NCBI RefSeq assembly: GCF_009914755.1
Contig: NC_060938.1
Reading direction: 5' to 3' (one strand)
DNA: 64,000 bases
Source: the human T2T-CHM13v2.0 reference genome, Homo sapiens
The notes under the pieces are model-generated. The model did no database searches. It worked only from the letters and a program-made list of their open reading frames with translations, and was not told the DNA's origin. Made by a program: the position numbers and the translations under genes. How positions within the stretch are numbered: the first letter of the stretch is position 1; the number at the start of each line of letters is the position of its first letter. Of this stretch, positions 41,478-59,945 are shown in pieces.

Positions 41478-42504
41478 TAGTAGAGACAGGGTTTCACCAT
41501 ATTGGCCAGGCTGGTCTCGAACTCCTGACCTTGTTTTCTGCCCTCCTCAGCCTCCCAAAATGCTGGGATTATAGGTATGAGCCACCGCGCCCTGCCTTAT
41601 CCTTAGCTTTTTAAAGTTAAAAGTAGTGAAGTAAGTTGAAACCATTTGTATGACTCCTCCAGTAAATTGCCCCATTCACATTCAAAGGCTAGACAAAAAT
41701 CAAGGAGGGAGCTGAGAATGGGGAGTTTTCTTTGACCTTTGTGGCAGAATAAAGCCCTCATGGCCTCGGAATGAAATATGTACTCAGAAGAGGAAGAGCT
41801 TTTGGCCAGCGTTTTATGGGCTTCCCTCCCCTGCTTCCACTGAGGTCTGTGCCTGTTGCCAGCTTCTGGTTTGGTTCTAGGTGCAATGCTCACTGGTGCT
41901 CTCTGCATCTGATGTGGCTGGCAGTGTCCTGGCAACCTGAGGGGTTCAGAGTGATGGTGATGATGCTGTGTCACACCTGTCCTGGGGACACTGTGCCAGG
42001 TGGTGGAGGCATAACCAGGTACCTCATCCCAGGCCCAGGTCCTCATGGATTGCTGTGGAAAATGGTGGTATTCCTAGTCATATTTCTAATTATTAGAAGT
42101 CTACTTTATGCAAGTAGAGACAAATAACTGGCCACTTTTGCCCTTCTGGAGAAAGACATTAAATATTTTACAATCTTAACCTCATTCAGAAGAATTTTAA
42201 AAAGGCCACTATGGCTGGGTGCAGTGGCTCACACCTGTAATCGCAGCACATTGGGAGGCTGAGGTGGGCGGATCACGTGAGGTGAGGAGTTCGAGGCCAG
42301 CCTGGCCAGCATGGTGAAACCTCGTCTCTACTAAAAATACAAAAATTAGCCGGGCATGGTGGCGGGCACCTGTAATTTCACCTACTTGGGAGGCTGAGAC
42401 AGAATTGCTTGAACCCGGGAGGCGGAGGTTGTACTGAGCCAAGATTGTGCCACTGCACTCCAGCCTGGGCGACAGAGACTGTCTCAAAAAAAAAAAAAAG
42501 GAAA

Positions 42505-42950
42505 GAAAAGGCTAAATACGTATGATTCCAAGTATATGACATTCTAGAAAATGCAAAATTATGGAGATGGTAAAAAGATGAGTGGTTACCAGGGATTGGA
42601 GGAAGAGGTGTGAATAGTCAGGACACAAAGAAAGGACTTTTAGGGCAGTGAGGCTATTCTGTACAATACTGCAACGGTGGATACATTCCATTAAACATTT
42701 TTCAAAACCCAAAGAATATATAACACCAAGAGTGAGACCTAATGTAAACTATGGACCTTGGGAGATAATGATGTATCAATGTAGGTTCATCAGTTGTAAC
42801 AAATGTATCACCGTAGTGTGGGATGTTGATAGTGGTCGAGGTTGTGCATATGTGGGAACAGGGGTATATGGGAACTCTCTGTACTTTCTGCTTAATTTTG
42901 CTGCGAACCTAAAAACTGCACTAAAAAGAAAGATCTTTTTTTTTTTAACT
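42505..42950 (+). mobile_element. L1MC/MB 3' end fragment inserted within the cTAGE fossil
   Basis: CCTAATGTAAACTATGGAC...GATGTTGATAGTGG...GAACCTAAAAACTGC. Confidence 0.75.
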
Positions 42951-42965
42951 TGAAACTTACACTAA

Positions 42966-43635
<670 letters not shown>

Positions 43636-44207
43636 TCTTAAACTGTTTGGGAGTAATCACTATTTGTGATGCCCTATCACCCACCCCCAAATATTTTCGG
43701 GGGTTTACGTAGAATACTCTCCTATTTAATCACAAAAAAATCAGGGAATTAACATTGGTAATTAGCGGTATCTAATCCTGAAATCTCATTAAATTTCATC
43801 AGTGGTCCCAGTAATAAGGCAAAATAAAGAATCCACTTCAAGAAGAAAAAAAAAAGGAATTGAGAGACCTTGAATAATTTTAACAGAAGTCACATTTGAG
43901 AACAAATGATCAAAAACAGAAAAACTGGAGGCCATTAATAAAGAGCTGGAAATTTTCAACTCTTTTCTTGGGCTTAAAGAGTTTGAGAAAAGGACCGATA
44001 GAAGAGAAATCTGAACATTTAAAACAAGTTGAGGTATGATTGACATTAAAAGAAAGATTCAGTCTTCAGAAGATGCATCAAAACACGTACAACTTCAAGT
44101 AGTTGCAACCAAAACAGCTTTCAAAATACATGACAAGAATGAAAACAAATTCAGAAGCACTAAAAGATGCTTTGGATGAAAATTCTGGTTTTCAAGAAAA
44201 CATAAAG

Positions 44208-45487
<1,280 letters not shown>

Positions 45488-46396
45488 CTAACTGAAAGAA
45501 GGTAAATTAATTGGCACACTTAAAGATCATCTTAAAAGTCTCCAAATGAGTAGGTGTCATTGCAGGAAACAAACAAACAACAACAACAACAAAACAGGAA
45601 GGGAGAGGCCAAAGCTTTGGCAGAAACTTTAAGTTCTTTCAGAATTGCATCAAGGAAAAAAATGAATTTTCACTGAAAAAACAATTCAGAGAAAGTTTGC
45701 CCTGTAAATACAGAGCAGAATCTTTTGAAAGCAGATATGAAGAGCAGTCATGCATGTAAAGAGCTGAACACCTATAAAATAGAAATCAAATTCTTTCCGA
45801 AAAATCCAAAAGAAAAGCTGGCTATTATCAAAGCTAGCTTATTACCTATAAAAGAAAGGCTTATGATAATGAGCTGGGAGCTGTGTTGGTTGAGAGAAAC
45901 CCTGATAATTTAAGAGGAGAAAATGCATACATTCATATGTCTGGAAAAGAATCCTTATATTCCAAATGGGATATTTGGCAGAGGCCCAAGAGGTTCACTA
46001 GGGAATCCTCTGGATGACCAGATCCCCAGGGAAAAAGGAACATTCAACTGTACTGTCATGGAGATCCAGGGCTCAGCATCTTGTATGAATCATATGCTGC
46101 CCTTGTTGGGTCAGGATCCCAGAGAAAGGCTCCCTTCATCAGGAGGCCAACTCCATCTCAACGTGAATCTTCTACAGGAGCAAGTGAGACCTTGTCTTGG
46201 TGTTCTTCACACTAACAGACACTTGGGATCTTCTTTTGGCTTACCTTCCTACATGACCCGGGAGCCGCTGGTTCCAGTTGATTCTTCTCTCATCCTCCTG
46301 TCAGGGTTGAGATGTTATAGAGGGGACAGAAGAGCACCAGGACGTACTATGTTGCCTTTCCATCCCTTGCTGTAACTTCATCATCAAAAGCTCCTG

Positions 46397-46595
46397 ACTG
46401 TGGTGTGCTGGAGCTAGCACTCAGGTGCTAGTGAGAGCAGATTGTGCGCATCTCTTCCCAGCTTCACATCAGTAGCTTGAAACTGGCCATGATGGGAGTA
46501 TTTACACCATGAAATAGGCAAATGTGATATAAATCAGGCTTTCCTGCACAGCCCACCCCCATCTCCAAGACCGGCACTTTGGCCGGCACTCCCTG
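46397..46595 (+). mobile_element. MER63A (hAT)
   Basis: GTGGTGTGCTGGAGC...GGGAGTATTTACACCA. Confidence 0.7.
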
Positions 46596-47418
46596 TCCCT
46601 TTGGCAATAATTCTTCATTGTTCATCAAAATCACCCATGCCTGGGCTCCTCCTCCCACAGATTCTAATTCAGTTGCTCTGGGGCTGTCACTATGCATCCT
46701 ACTTTTCCAAAGCTCCCTAGATGATTCTAAAGTGCAGCTAAGGTTGTGAACCACTGCCTGTAAATGCTTTCAACCAGCCTTTGATCTGTTTGTTGTAAAA
46801 GAGGCCTTTAGATGTTACCTTAACTTTCTTTAAGGAAAAACAAATCTACCTTGAGTTCTAAGTTGCCATCTACTCCCCTGAGGCAAGTAAAGACCAGCAT
46901 GGGAAAAGGTAGAATGCCTTGCACCGAACCCAGGGTGTTCTCAGCTAGCAAAAGCCCTCTGAGTGTACTTTGGTGTTACTAGCTCTCCTTCTCATCAGGT
47001 ATCTTATATTATCCCAGAATGATTTCTTTATGTTGGGTGGTGCTTTTGAAATAGGTCTCGGGCACTCCTTTAAAAAAAGTGATGCCTTTTCTTTTTTTTC
47101 ACAAGACTTTTACACGTTTTAGGCAAAAGTAAAAGGTTTTAATAATTTAATAGTTTAGAGCCTGGTGAGGCTTCATTAGCCCTAACAATGTATTTGCAAT
47201 TTATTTTGCATGAAGCATATGGATCAAGAATGTGGGCATTTGATGCAGTGTGACCACAGACTTTGCCGTATGTCCATAAAGACAGGCTGGGATCCTGTGC
47301 ATTTCTCCTTATGTATTTCTGGGCTCCCTGGGCCCTCCACTGTGCTTGGTCATTGAATGGTACTGTTTTGTAACAGGTCAGCCATGTATCTCTTTGCTTT
47401 GTGTACGCATTCTGAGAG

Positions 47419-48152
47419 TGATATGGACAGGAGCCAGGGAAACAATGGGTAGAAGAGGGCAGTTCCCTGGCAAGGCCCCACCCCCAAGCCTGGAAACCCA
47501 TGGCCCTAAATGAAAACAGCCATTCCTGTTTTCATGCCCAAATGTTGCCTTTTGGCCCACCACGCCCCCCATCCTGTACCCATATAAACCCCAAACCCCA
47601 GGCTCCATGGGCAGATGAACAGAAGAGCAGAGGAGCAAAAGAGTGATGTGGCGTGGAAGAAAAGGAGAGAAGAGAAGAAACATTTAAACATTGAGAGAAG
47701 TTCGGCTGGGGACGGTTGGATAGGTGATCGGCTGCGGGATGGCTGAACTCCATGGCAAGATCATCTTCCCACTCCATCCTCTTTCCAGCTCTCCATTTGT
47801 TCTGCTGAGAACCACTTCCATCTGGCAATAAAATCCCCTGCATTTACCATCCTTCAGTTTGTCCATGTGACCTGATTATTCCTGGATGCCAGACAAGAAC
47901 CCGGGTACCAAGAAGGCACTGAGCTGGTTAACACTTAAGCTGTCTGCGGATGGCAGAGTTAAAAGAGCACTGTAACATGCCCTCTGGGGCTTCAGGAGTT
48001 GCAGGCACCCAGCCCTAGATCCTACCATGGGGCTGGAGTCCAAAAGCTCTCACCCCAGCTCCTGCACCTGCCTGTCTGCGTGCTCCCCCTCCCATAAGGA
48101 GACACACCCCTGTCGCACGTCCAGTGAGGGGGGTCAGGGAACTCCCCTTTCA
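47419..48152 (+). mobile_element. MER50 ERV1 solo LTR
   Basis: TGATATGGACAGGAG...CCCCTTTCA, 4-bp TSD AGAG, TATA-like CATATAAA and AATAAA. Confidence 0.85.
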
Positions 48153-49289
48153 AGAGTATGGAACCAATTAGAAAAGCAACTGACAGAAGGACGATTTAGG
48201 GATGAGAGGAGAACTTTGATATCCGTCTCATTGCCGTTTCTGTGTATGCTTTTTACAGCATTACAGAAGCATTTGCTTGCCCCTAGACTTCAAATTCCAC
48301 GTGTCTTATAAATGCCTAGGATCTGTTATTGTCTTCTCAGTGGAAAAATAGAGCAGTCATGCCCATAAATAGAGGTAGAAATCACAGCTTCGCTTTTTTC
48401 ACTTAAAAAGAATTATGTTTTATATAGTAAGGCTTTTAAATGTTTAGCTAATAGTGTCTATGTTTCACAAATGATTTGGGATAAGAGCAGAAAATAAGAA
48501 TGAATCTAAGGTTTTTTTTTGTTTCATGTCAATATTACCTAGAGGTAATTAATAAGTTTATTGGTTTTCTTCTCAAAGGTATTCACATCACAATTTCTTC
48601 TAAAATTTTCAAGTGAAAAATTTGCATTTACTTGTTACTTTTATGAAATATATCTAAGATGCAAAAAATATCAGAGTTATTTTACAAACATCCACAGATT
48701 CACCATATTTTGTTCACATATTTTCTTTCTTAAATATGATGTTATGGATAAAATTGAAGCTCTTTTGTTCCCCATTCCAATTCTCTCCCCCTTCCTTTCT
48801 CCCCAGGGGTAACTATTATTCTGAAGTTGTTTTGGGTATTTTTCATTGAAGTCTTTAGGCTTTTATTGCAATGGTAGCTGTCCATAAGCAATACCAAGTA
48901 TTGTTGTGTGTGTGTGTGTGTGTGTGTGTGATTTGTATGTTTTTAAGATTTGAATAAATGGTAGCATATAGTGTATGTTGTTTTGCAATTTGCTTTTATC
49001 ACATGAACAAAACGTTTTCTGGCCCTTTCTCTATTTTTTTCCCTAATGAATAGGGAAAATAATACGTAGGGAAAAAATAGTTTGCATTTTCTTAAGTATT
49101 TGAAAACAGCTTTTAAAAAATAATTAGGTACTTGTGAGTCTGGCTCTGGATTTAGATTTTACCGACAGTTCCATAAGACTGACAGGGAATCAAATAAAAG
49201 GGTACTCAGACTGGACTAAAATGTTGTCAGGTTTTTTACTTTGATCTCTATTGCTAAAAAAAAAATTGTCAGATTCAATTGTCACTTAG

Positions 49290-50214
<925 letters not shown>

Positions 50215-51443
50215 TCAGATTCATATAATTTATCTTTGATAACAATGTGCAAATTTTAGTCCCATCCATGATAATAAGGTCCAATCTGCCAACATTTGAA
50301 AAACTCCCTGAAAAGAACATGTAAGTCATCTTACCCTTGAAAAGGCACCAAGAAAAATGTCAGCCTTTGGAAAGGCCAGTAAGATTCACTCCAGCACATT
50401 CAGGTAACGATTCAGGTTAACGATTCAGGAAAGGATCACAAAGCTATGGCCTTTAGGGAGGGTCATACTCTTTAATTTTGTTCCATTTATGTAATATCGA
50501 CAAATGTGGCAATTTAAATATCACTGCACTTAATGAAGAAGTATTTTTGTCTCTGACTAGTGTGATGTAGTAAATGAAATTGTTCTCATTGATTATTCAT
50601 GCAGTCACTGATTCAATAAATCAGTAGTGTATGCCCTTAAAGAGCTCACATAGGGAGAGGGGTAGCTCTATGTAAAAATTACATTAAAATGTTTTAAATG
50701 AAATAGCAAACATGGAAACAAAGTATACAACACGATCATAGATCTTGGGAATAATTTGTTTAGAGAGTGAGGGAAGAAGTCATGGGGATGACATTGCAGT
50801 AGGTGGATAGGAACATGTTGGTGTGCATCACAGTGCTTGTGCCTTCTCTGGATGGCTTGACAGCCACCCAGGAGAAGTGCAAGGGTGGAATTGAAAGAGG
50901 CAAAGAATACCAACTTTACTCATTTTATACTTTGTACAGGCTCTTGAAAGAAGGATGGCTCAGCCAATAATTTTGGAGCTTGAAAAACTCCACGTTTCTT
51001 TTTTTTTTCCTGTGATGTTCCAATAGGGCTTTTACTTATCAGAACTCAACTTCTTCCTTAAAGCAGGAAATTAAGAATTAGATGTGCCGGCTGGCCACAG
51101 TGGCTCATGCCTGTAATCCCAACACTTTGGGAGGCCGAGGCGGGCAGATCACAAGGTCAGGGGTTCGAGACCAGCCTGGCCAACATAGAGAAACCCCGTC
51201 TCTACTAAAAATACAAAAATTAGCCAGGCATGGTTGTGCATGCCTGTTGTCCCAGCTGTTCAGGAGGCCGAGGCAGGAGAATTGCTTGAACTTGGGGAGT
51301 GGAGATTGTGGTGAGCCAAGACTGCGCCATAGCCTGGGCAACAGAGTGAGACTCTGTCTCAAAAAAAGAAAAAAAAAAAAGAATTGGATGTGCCAACACA
51401 CAGAATAACACAGATGTGGAAACATATTTAGGGTATTTTTTAG

Positions 51444-51659
<216 letters not shown>

Positions 51660-52617
51660 TAGAGACGGAGTCTCCTTATGTTGCCCAGATTCGTCTTGAA
51701 CTCCTAGACTCAGGCAATCCTTTCTCCTAGACCTTCCAAAGTGCTGGGATTACAGGCATAAGCACCCGTACTCAGCCATTACCACACATATTAGCATTAT
51801 TCAGAGGACAGAACTCTATAGAGTTTTGCCAGTACTGAAAAATGTAAAAAAGAAAATGCATGCATCCATGCAAAAGCAGCCCCCGAGTAGCAAGGAATGG
51901 AGGAAATAGTTGAGAAAGGGAGAGGATTCAGATCTATACTCGACATGCAGAGACCAGAGGGATGTCATGTGTAGATCAACAGGAGTCTTCTTGGCTAGTG
52001 ATGACTATAGAAGTCAAGCCTATTGGAAAGAAAGTCAAAATATATTGGAGATACGGTAGGGACAGAGGCAGGAGAGAGAAAGAAACACAGAAAGCTAGAA
52101 AAGTGCAGCAATAGTAAAAGTAACAGATGGCAGAAGCCACAGGAGCAATGGGGCATTAAGGAGCATATAATCTGCGAGTGAAAATGTCAGCTCCAAGATA
52201 AGAAAACCAGAATAGCTCTGAATCAGGAGGAGCAATGAGATGCTCACACCTTCAGTAATTTTATAAGGTCGTCCTTATGCTACTTTGAAGGTACACTTTG
52301 GCTTTGCTGAGGGGAGGGACATCAAGAGAAAGGACAAAAAGGCTCAATTGACTTTAGTGATACATATAGGCATTACTGTTCAGAGTGTGTCTTGCTGAAG
52401 GCACACAAAAATATGTATAGCTCAGCAGTCTTAAGAAGGGGCAAGGCGTGAGTTGCTGTGAAAGGTCAGTGGGATTCTCTGTCAGTGACAGTGAACTATA
52501 ATATAGTGGCATGATCGAGCCTATATAATGGTACACTAAAAAAAAAGCCAAATTGGCCTGGCGTGGTGGCTCACGCCTGTAATCCCAGCACTTTGGGAGG
52601 TAGAGGCAGGTGGTTCA

Positions 52618-52893
<276 letters not shown>

Positions 52894-54087
52894 TCAAGTT
52901 CAATACTAATTAACAAAACAAATGCTTTTTTTTTTTTTTTTTTTTGGTAAGGAAATCTTGATATCCAAGCTCCGCTTTTTGAAAAGTTGTCTTTGGTATT
53001 TTAAAGTAAGACTTGGCAATAAAAGCATAGTTACGCCTGGTAAAAAAATGTCAGCAAACCCTAAAACTGCAGAATAAGTTGCTGGGTTTTTTTTGTTGTT
53101 GTTATTCAAAGAACTCAATGCTGAGCAAAATCTATCCCTAGGACCATTTTTAGCAGGCTGATGTAACTAGGTTGTTTTAGCCAGGCAGCTCCTCCTTTGC
53201 TGTAGCAGGTGCCTGTGAATTAGGTGTGCTAGGGCTTGAGAAGAATAAGGACAGGCTGGCTGGTCTCATGCTAATGCTGCAGGCTCCCCCAAATTAAATT
53301 GCAGTGACTGGAAAATATCATTTTCTTGAAGATTTCAAAATGTCACATGAGTGCCTACTCATTTACTTAAATAACACAATCTTATGCATTAATAGACAGA
53401 CTGTTTCCCCCACTGATTTTATCAACTTCTGGTATCATTAGTTTAAGATCATTCTGGAAGCACAGCAAAGAAAATTATTTTATTACTGGACAATTGTAGA
53501 GCCTGCCCCCAAAGGAGGTTAGTGTCTTTCCTCCCATATTTTATTTTCTCTTCCACATATCAAATAAAAATATAAAATATATATCAGGATGTTTTCAGCT
53601 ATGAAATGTTTTAAAGCCCTATACATGACTTAAATAGCAATAGAATTTATTATCTCATATAACAAGAAGTCTCAAGGATTGGTTAAATCAGAGGTGCACT
53701 GATGTCCTCAGCCTCAGGTAACTTCCATCCTTCCGCTTTGCCATCCTCCTGTTTCTTCAGCTAACTCCTCTCATGGTTCCAGGATGACAGCCATAGTTCC
53801 AGATATCACATTGCAGACACAATGGCATCTAGCAGCAAACAGATGGTTTCTTGCATGTTTCTCTTTTTCTCGTTGTTGGTAAATATGATTTTATTTAGGA
53901 AAGTAATGCATTTCAACAGAAAATGAATGTCTCTTTTTAGGGGTAAGAGAAGATTTTTTCAGAAGTATCTCGGCCAACTTCCCATTGCATTTTATTGGCT
54001 AGAATTACATCACACTCCCATAAGATTATTATGTGAGTTGAATCAGTTACTGACAGGGAGATTGGGACCACACTGATTACCCTAGAG

Positions 54088-54306
54088 CAGGTTCTCTCAA
54101 CCTTGGCACTACTGACATTTTTGGTGGAATAACTCTTTGTCGTAGAAGCTGTTCTGTGCATTATAGGATATTGAGCAGCGGCATCCCTGGTCTCTCCCTT
54201 CTAGAGGCCGATCACGCTTCCTCTCAAGTAGTGACAACTGGAAATGTCTCCAGACATTGCTGATGTCCTCTGGGAAGCAAAATCAATCACTCCATGAGAA
54301 CCACTA
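54088..54306 (+). mobile_element. MER20 inside an MLT1-type LTR
   Basis: TTCTCTCAACCTTGGCACTACTGACATTT...AATGTCTCCAGACATTGC...GAGAACCACT. Confidence 0.8.
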
Positions 54307-55105
54307 GCTGAGGTCAATCATTATTCACACGATGGTTCTGGGCCCACCTCACCAGAAGCACAGATAGGGTAGCCCAGATCAGGATTCTGTTAACAAGCAA
54401 GAAAAGGGGAAATTGCTGTTCAGTAGGCAGTCAGAGGGCAGTGACTCCCACGCTCACACCATTTTCTATCTTGCTATTCTCAACAAACAGACCAGGGGCT
54501 TATTAAAAATATAAAAGATGTTAACACAAGTTATTTGGCATTACCTGATGAATACTGGTGGTTATCTAAATGCCAAGTGGCTAATGTAAATATCCTTGTA
54601 ATCAATGGGTGAGCTAGGTAATTAAATCACGGGTAATTTGTGTTGAAGCATCAAAATCATGACTGGCTGGTTGGCTAGGTTCTGTAGGGCTCAGATGTTC
54701 CTACTTTTGGTCATATATTTGCAGCAATGACTTAGATTTTGCCTTTATTCAGGTCCTATTTTTAATGTACAAGTCGCTCTACTCATGTTACTTTTATTAG
54801 TCATCCACTGTAACATTTGTGGCCTGGATTAAATCTTTTAGTAAAAGAAAGTATATTTTTATTAATTCAACAGATATTTATTGGGTGCCTATTATGTACC
54901 AGGCATGAGGCACTGCAAAGGAAAACAAGGCTGAAATACTACACTGGATAGTTAAGGAAGGCTCTCTGAGGCGATGACATTTTAGCTGAGACAAGTTGGG
55001 AGAATAAAGAGAGTTGATAAAAGGAACATGTCTGATTATACTGGGCCACAGTAAAGGGTTCTGATTTTATTCTAAGAGCGGGGAGAAGAATCAAACGGCT
55101 TCAAG

Positions 55106-55110
<5 letters not shown>

Positions 55111-55141
<31 letters not shown>
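55111..55141. repeat. (TG)n microsatellite
   Basis: Read directly. Confidence 0.95.
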
Positions 55142-55142
<1 letters not shown>

Positions 55143-55313
55143 TGAGCTGCTTCCCTTTGCCTGCTATATTTTTGTACTTGGAATGCAGCTGGGTTTAATT
55201 CCTTCTGTGCTATAATAATTAGCGGGCTATGCAAACCTGCGTTCTCATTTTGTGGTTTTTTTTTTTTTTTTGCCTTCTATTTCTTAAGGCAATGTTACCG
55301 TTTTGTCTTCTAG

Positions 55314-55797
<484 letters not shown>

Positions 55798-56150
55798 TAA
55801 GGAGCAAGGTCCCTCATTTTCTTCCATCTTCCTTTCAAAAACGTCTTCCATCTTTCATAATTGCAAGGGCTAAATGATTCTAAATATAGATCACTGTTGT
55901 CCTTGCAGAAAATCTTTCTAGCATTTGAACATAAATTATTCCATTGTTGTTGTAGAACCCCAAAAGCCAGATTCAAGTACCTGGTGCGCAGTAAGCCAAA
56001 CACAGATATGTCAGTCTTAGGAGCAGAGAAGGCTTATTCAATTTGGCCAAATTGTGAGGATAGGACAGGCAAACTCTCAAATCCAACCTGCCTTTGAACA
56101 TGATTGAGTGTTTCCATGAGAAAGGTAGCTACGTGGAAGGTGAGATCCCT

Positions 56151-56209
56151 AGGCCGATCAAACTTCTGAATGCCATCAAGGCCGATCAAACTTCTGAATG
56201 CCATCAAGG
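56151..56209. repeat. Perfect 28-bp tandem duplication
   Basis: AGGCCGATCAAACTTCTGAATGCCATCA twice, followed by AGG. Confidence 0.95.
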
Positions 56210-56390
56210 AGGTCTGAATGACCCAAGAATCATTGTTCTTTGGAAAAACAAGTTCATTAATCTTGTGGGCAGCCCCTGAGGGTTAGGATATGAAGTTAAT
56301 CAATTAGTAGTGACTACCCTCTACCGAAATGACTATGTGCGAGCAATCACGCATGGGGGAAGAAAAGAACAAAGAAAAAAGGAAAACAAG

Positions 56391-56809
56391 TGTTAAATCA
56401 AGTTTAGTCTAAAGCTGCCTCCTTACATATTTTAAGTTCAGCCCAAAAATTTCTCCATGCATAGTAAACTGAAACCTAACTGAATGTGCAAACAGACTAA
56501 CCTACCTATTAGTACTAAACCCCCTGGCTTGTACCAGCCACCGGGTTTTGGCCAATAGGTGGCCAACTATTGAAACTGTGTTCAAATAAGGCAAACGCTG
56601 AGCTGTATCCAATGTGGCTGTTTCTGTACCTCACTTCCGTTTTCTGTATGTCACTTCCCATTTTCTGTCCACAAATCTTATTCCACCACGTGGCTGTGCT
56701 GGAGTCTCTCTGAGCCTACTCTGACTCAGGAGGCTTCTTGACTTGTGAATCTTTCTTTGGTCAGTTAAACTCTGTTAAATTTAACTTGTCTAAAGTTTTT
56801 CTTTTATCA
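56391..56809 (+). mobile_element. MER57-type ERV1 solo LTR, adjoining an older LTR (~55945-56390)
   Basis: TGTTAAATCAAGTTTAG...TTTTATCA, 4-bp TSD CAAG. Confidence 0.8.
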
Positions 56810-56963
56810 CAAGTAAGACAAACACCTTATGATGTGGTCGTTTTTAAAAAATAATATAGGCTTGGCCGGGCATGGTGGCTCACGCCTGTAATTCCAGAAC
56901 TTTGGGAGGCCGGGGGCGGGTGGCGAATCACCTGAGGTCAGGAGTTGGAGACCAGCCTGGTCA

Positions 56964-57146
<183 letters not shown>

Positions 57147-57148
57147 CT

Positions 57149-57152
57149 AAAA

Positions 57153-57209
<57 letters not shown>
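57149..57209. repeat. A-tail plus (TA)n
   Basis: Read directly; follows an Alu. Confidence 0.9.
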
Positions 57210-57211
<2 letters not shown>

Positions 57212-58008
57212 TCAATGACATCACCATTACTTATTGAGTACCTTCTAGGTATTAGGCACCGAGGTTGGTATTGGGATAAAGTGATGAATAAAACTCAGTT
57301 CCCATGTTTTCCAAAGCTCTCATTCTACAGGGGTTATAATAAATAAACTCTAGTGTAATTAGTGTTATGAAGGAACTAAACAGCTTTGTGAAAGAGAATA
57401 ATTTTGGGGCGACTAGATAGGAAGGCTAGGGAAATCCTGGCTTGAAGAAGCTCTAACTGCATTCCCATGCCACCCCAAATAAAAATAATATCTAAGTAAA
57501 AATTGTGCTGGCTAGGCAAATGTTCCTAACATTAAGTTCCCCAGTTTTGTACCCCCCTCCCGCCCCCACCACCCCCAGTGCCTCCAAAATCCCTCTAAAT
57601 ATAAAGTCTGGCACCTTCAGTGCCCTGAGGAGACTGTTAAGCCAACACCTAAGGTAGTGTTGGGGCCAATGAGGTGCAGAGGGGAGAGGAAGCTTCCGGG
57701 CTGAGGGACCTCGAGATGGAACAGAGATTGCCTGACTTGACGGAAGAGCTAACATAATGCTGTCATTGACTTCTGTTGTACTGCACTTGAGTTCCATAGA
57801 CTACATAGAGCTTTTAAATGTAGGGACATCAGGAATGCAGATTGTTACTTGTGCCTAGAATTCTAGTAAAAATTCAAACATTAAGGAGGGACTTGGAGAC
57901 CACTGTGGCCTGTTATCTAATCTGCCCAAGTGTTAATTTTGATGAAAAGAATGTGACGATTTCAGTCTAAGCCTTGCTTATAACTTTAGCAAGAGAAGGA
58001 ATTTCTCC

Positions 58009-58638
<630 letters not shown>

Positions 58639-59549
58639 GAGAGATACCTATGGAAATTGTGTGGCTCACTGTATTGACAGTGTAGAAACCACCTTCTGAA
58701 TGTTCTGAGGGCAATACTGTGGGGATAGGAGGATCTGGGACCTTGATTTGTTTCCCATCCATTGTACTGGAAGGGCTGCCCTTGCTCTACATGTCTCTTA
58801 CACCGCCCCACCATGAGAGTGCAGATCACTATAAGATAAGTTAATCTAAGGAACTTTTAAAAAAATTAAAATTATCTTCTAAACTGTCTGTATATATCAG
58901 GGTGTGCTTTTTTACTTCTGCTAAGAGTCTCCAAAGAGACTCTTGATTTTTAGCTCTTATCAGATTTTCACAGGGGCACAAGATCTAAAAAGAAGGATAA
59001 GAAGGATAAGAACTATGATTTCCTGGGTTTCAATACTTATTCAACTTTATGTCCCTCACCATCCACATCTTAATTATAAGATAGAATCATATCTGTTAGA
59101 CAGTGTGCTGCCTTGGTGCTCTAGTTTTCCCTGAGTTGTTCTATTTATTGTGGATAATATTTATATTCTCATGGCTGAGTAGCTCCTGCCCATCCCCCCG
59201 TCATCACCAATGAGCTTCACACATGCATAAACCTGGGCATAAGCTCAGGGCTTGAAGCATGCTCCAACGGCCACATTCCAGGCATATTTTTTAAGTACAT
59301 GCTTTACTTTTGCAAAGTTGAAACTTTTAAAAGCACTTCTGCTTCTCTTTTCTTATTTGGTCTTTATAATAACACAGTCAAGTAGGTAGGGAAAGGCATT
59401 ATCACACCCAGCGGCCTAGGTTCTGCAGCAAAGTAGGTCTAGATGCAAAGTCTAATGGAGCCTGTCTCTTGGTTTCCTTTCTCCAGCAGCGGGGAAGTAA
59501 GTTTGATAAGGAGGGTTGGGGGGTGAGAGAGAGAAGATGAAATGGTGGG

Positions 59550-59945
59550 TGTCCTAGTCTGTTTTATGCTACTATAACAGAACACCTGAGACTGGGTCAT
59601 GTATAAAGAACAGAGATCTATTTCTTACAGTTCTGGAGCCTGGGAAGCCCAAGGTCAAGGGGTTCATAACTCTTGAGGGGCTTCTTGCTACATCATCCCA
59701 TGGTATAAGGTGGAAGAGCAAGAGAACACCTAACAGAGTGAGAGATAGAGAGGGCCAAGCTTGCTTTTATAGTAACTCCCTCTCTTGATAAGTAATCCAC
59801 TCCCTTGATAATGGCATTAATCCATTCATGAGGACGGAGCCCTCATGACCTAATTGCTTCTTAAAGGTCCCGCTTCTTAACACTGTTGCATTGAGGATTA
59901 AGTTTCTAACACATAAACTTTGGGGGACACGTTCAAACCATAGCA
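59550..59945. mobile_element. MST (MaLR) solo LTR
   Basis: TGTCCTAGTCTG...CAAACCATAGCA, 5-bp TSD GTGGG. Confidence 0.85.

Noticed and set aside
41771-42127. 118-aa ORF with a hydrophobic C-terminus as a novel membrane microprotein
   Set aside because: Only its end is in frame with the cTAGE5 N-terminal membrane region. The rest looks like decayed UTR, and there is no promoter evidence.
45923-46375. 150-aa ORF as a stand-alone gene
   Set aside because: It is a stop-free stretch of the decayed cTAGE5 retrocopy; upstream parts have stops and frameshifts.
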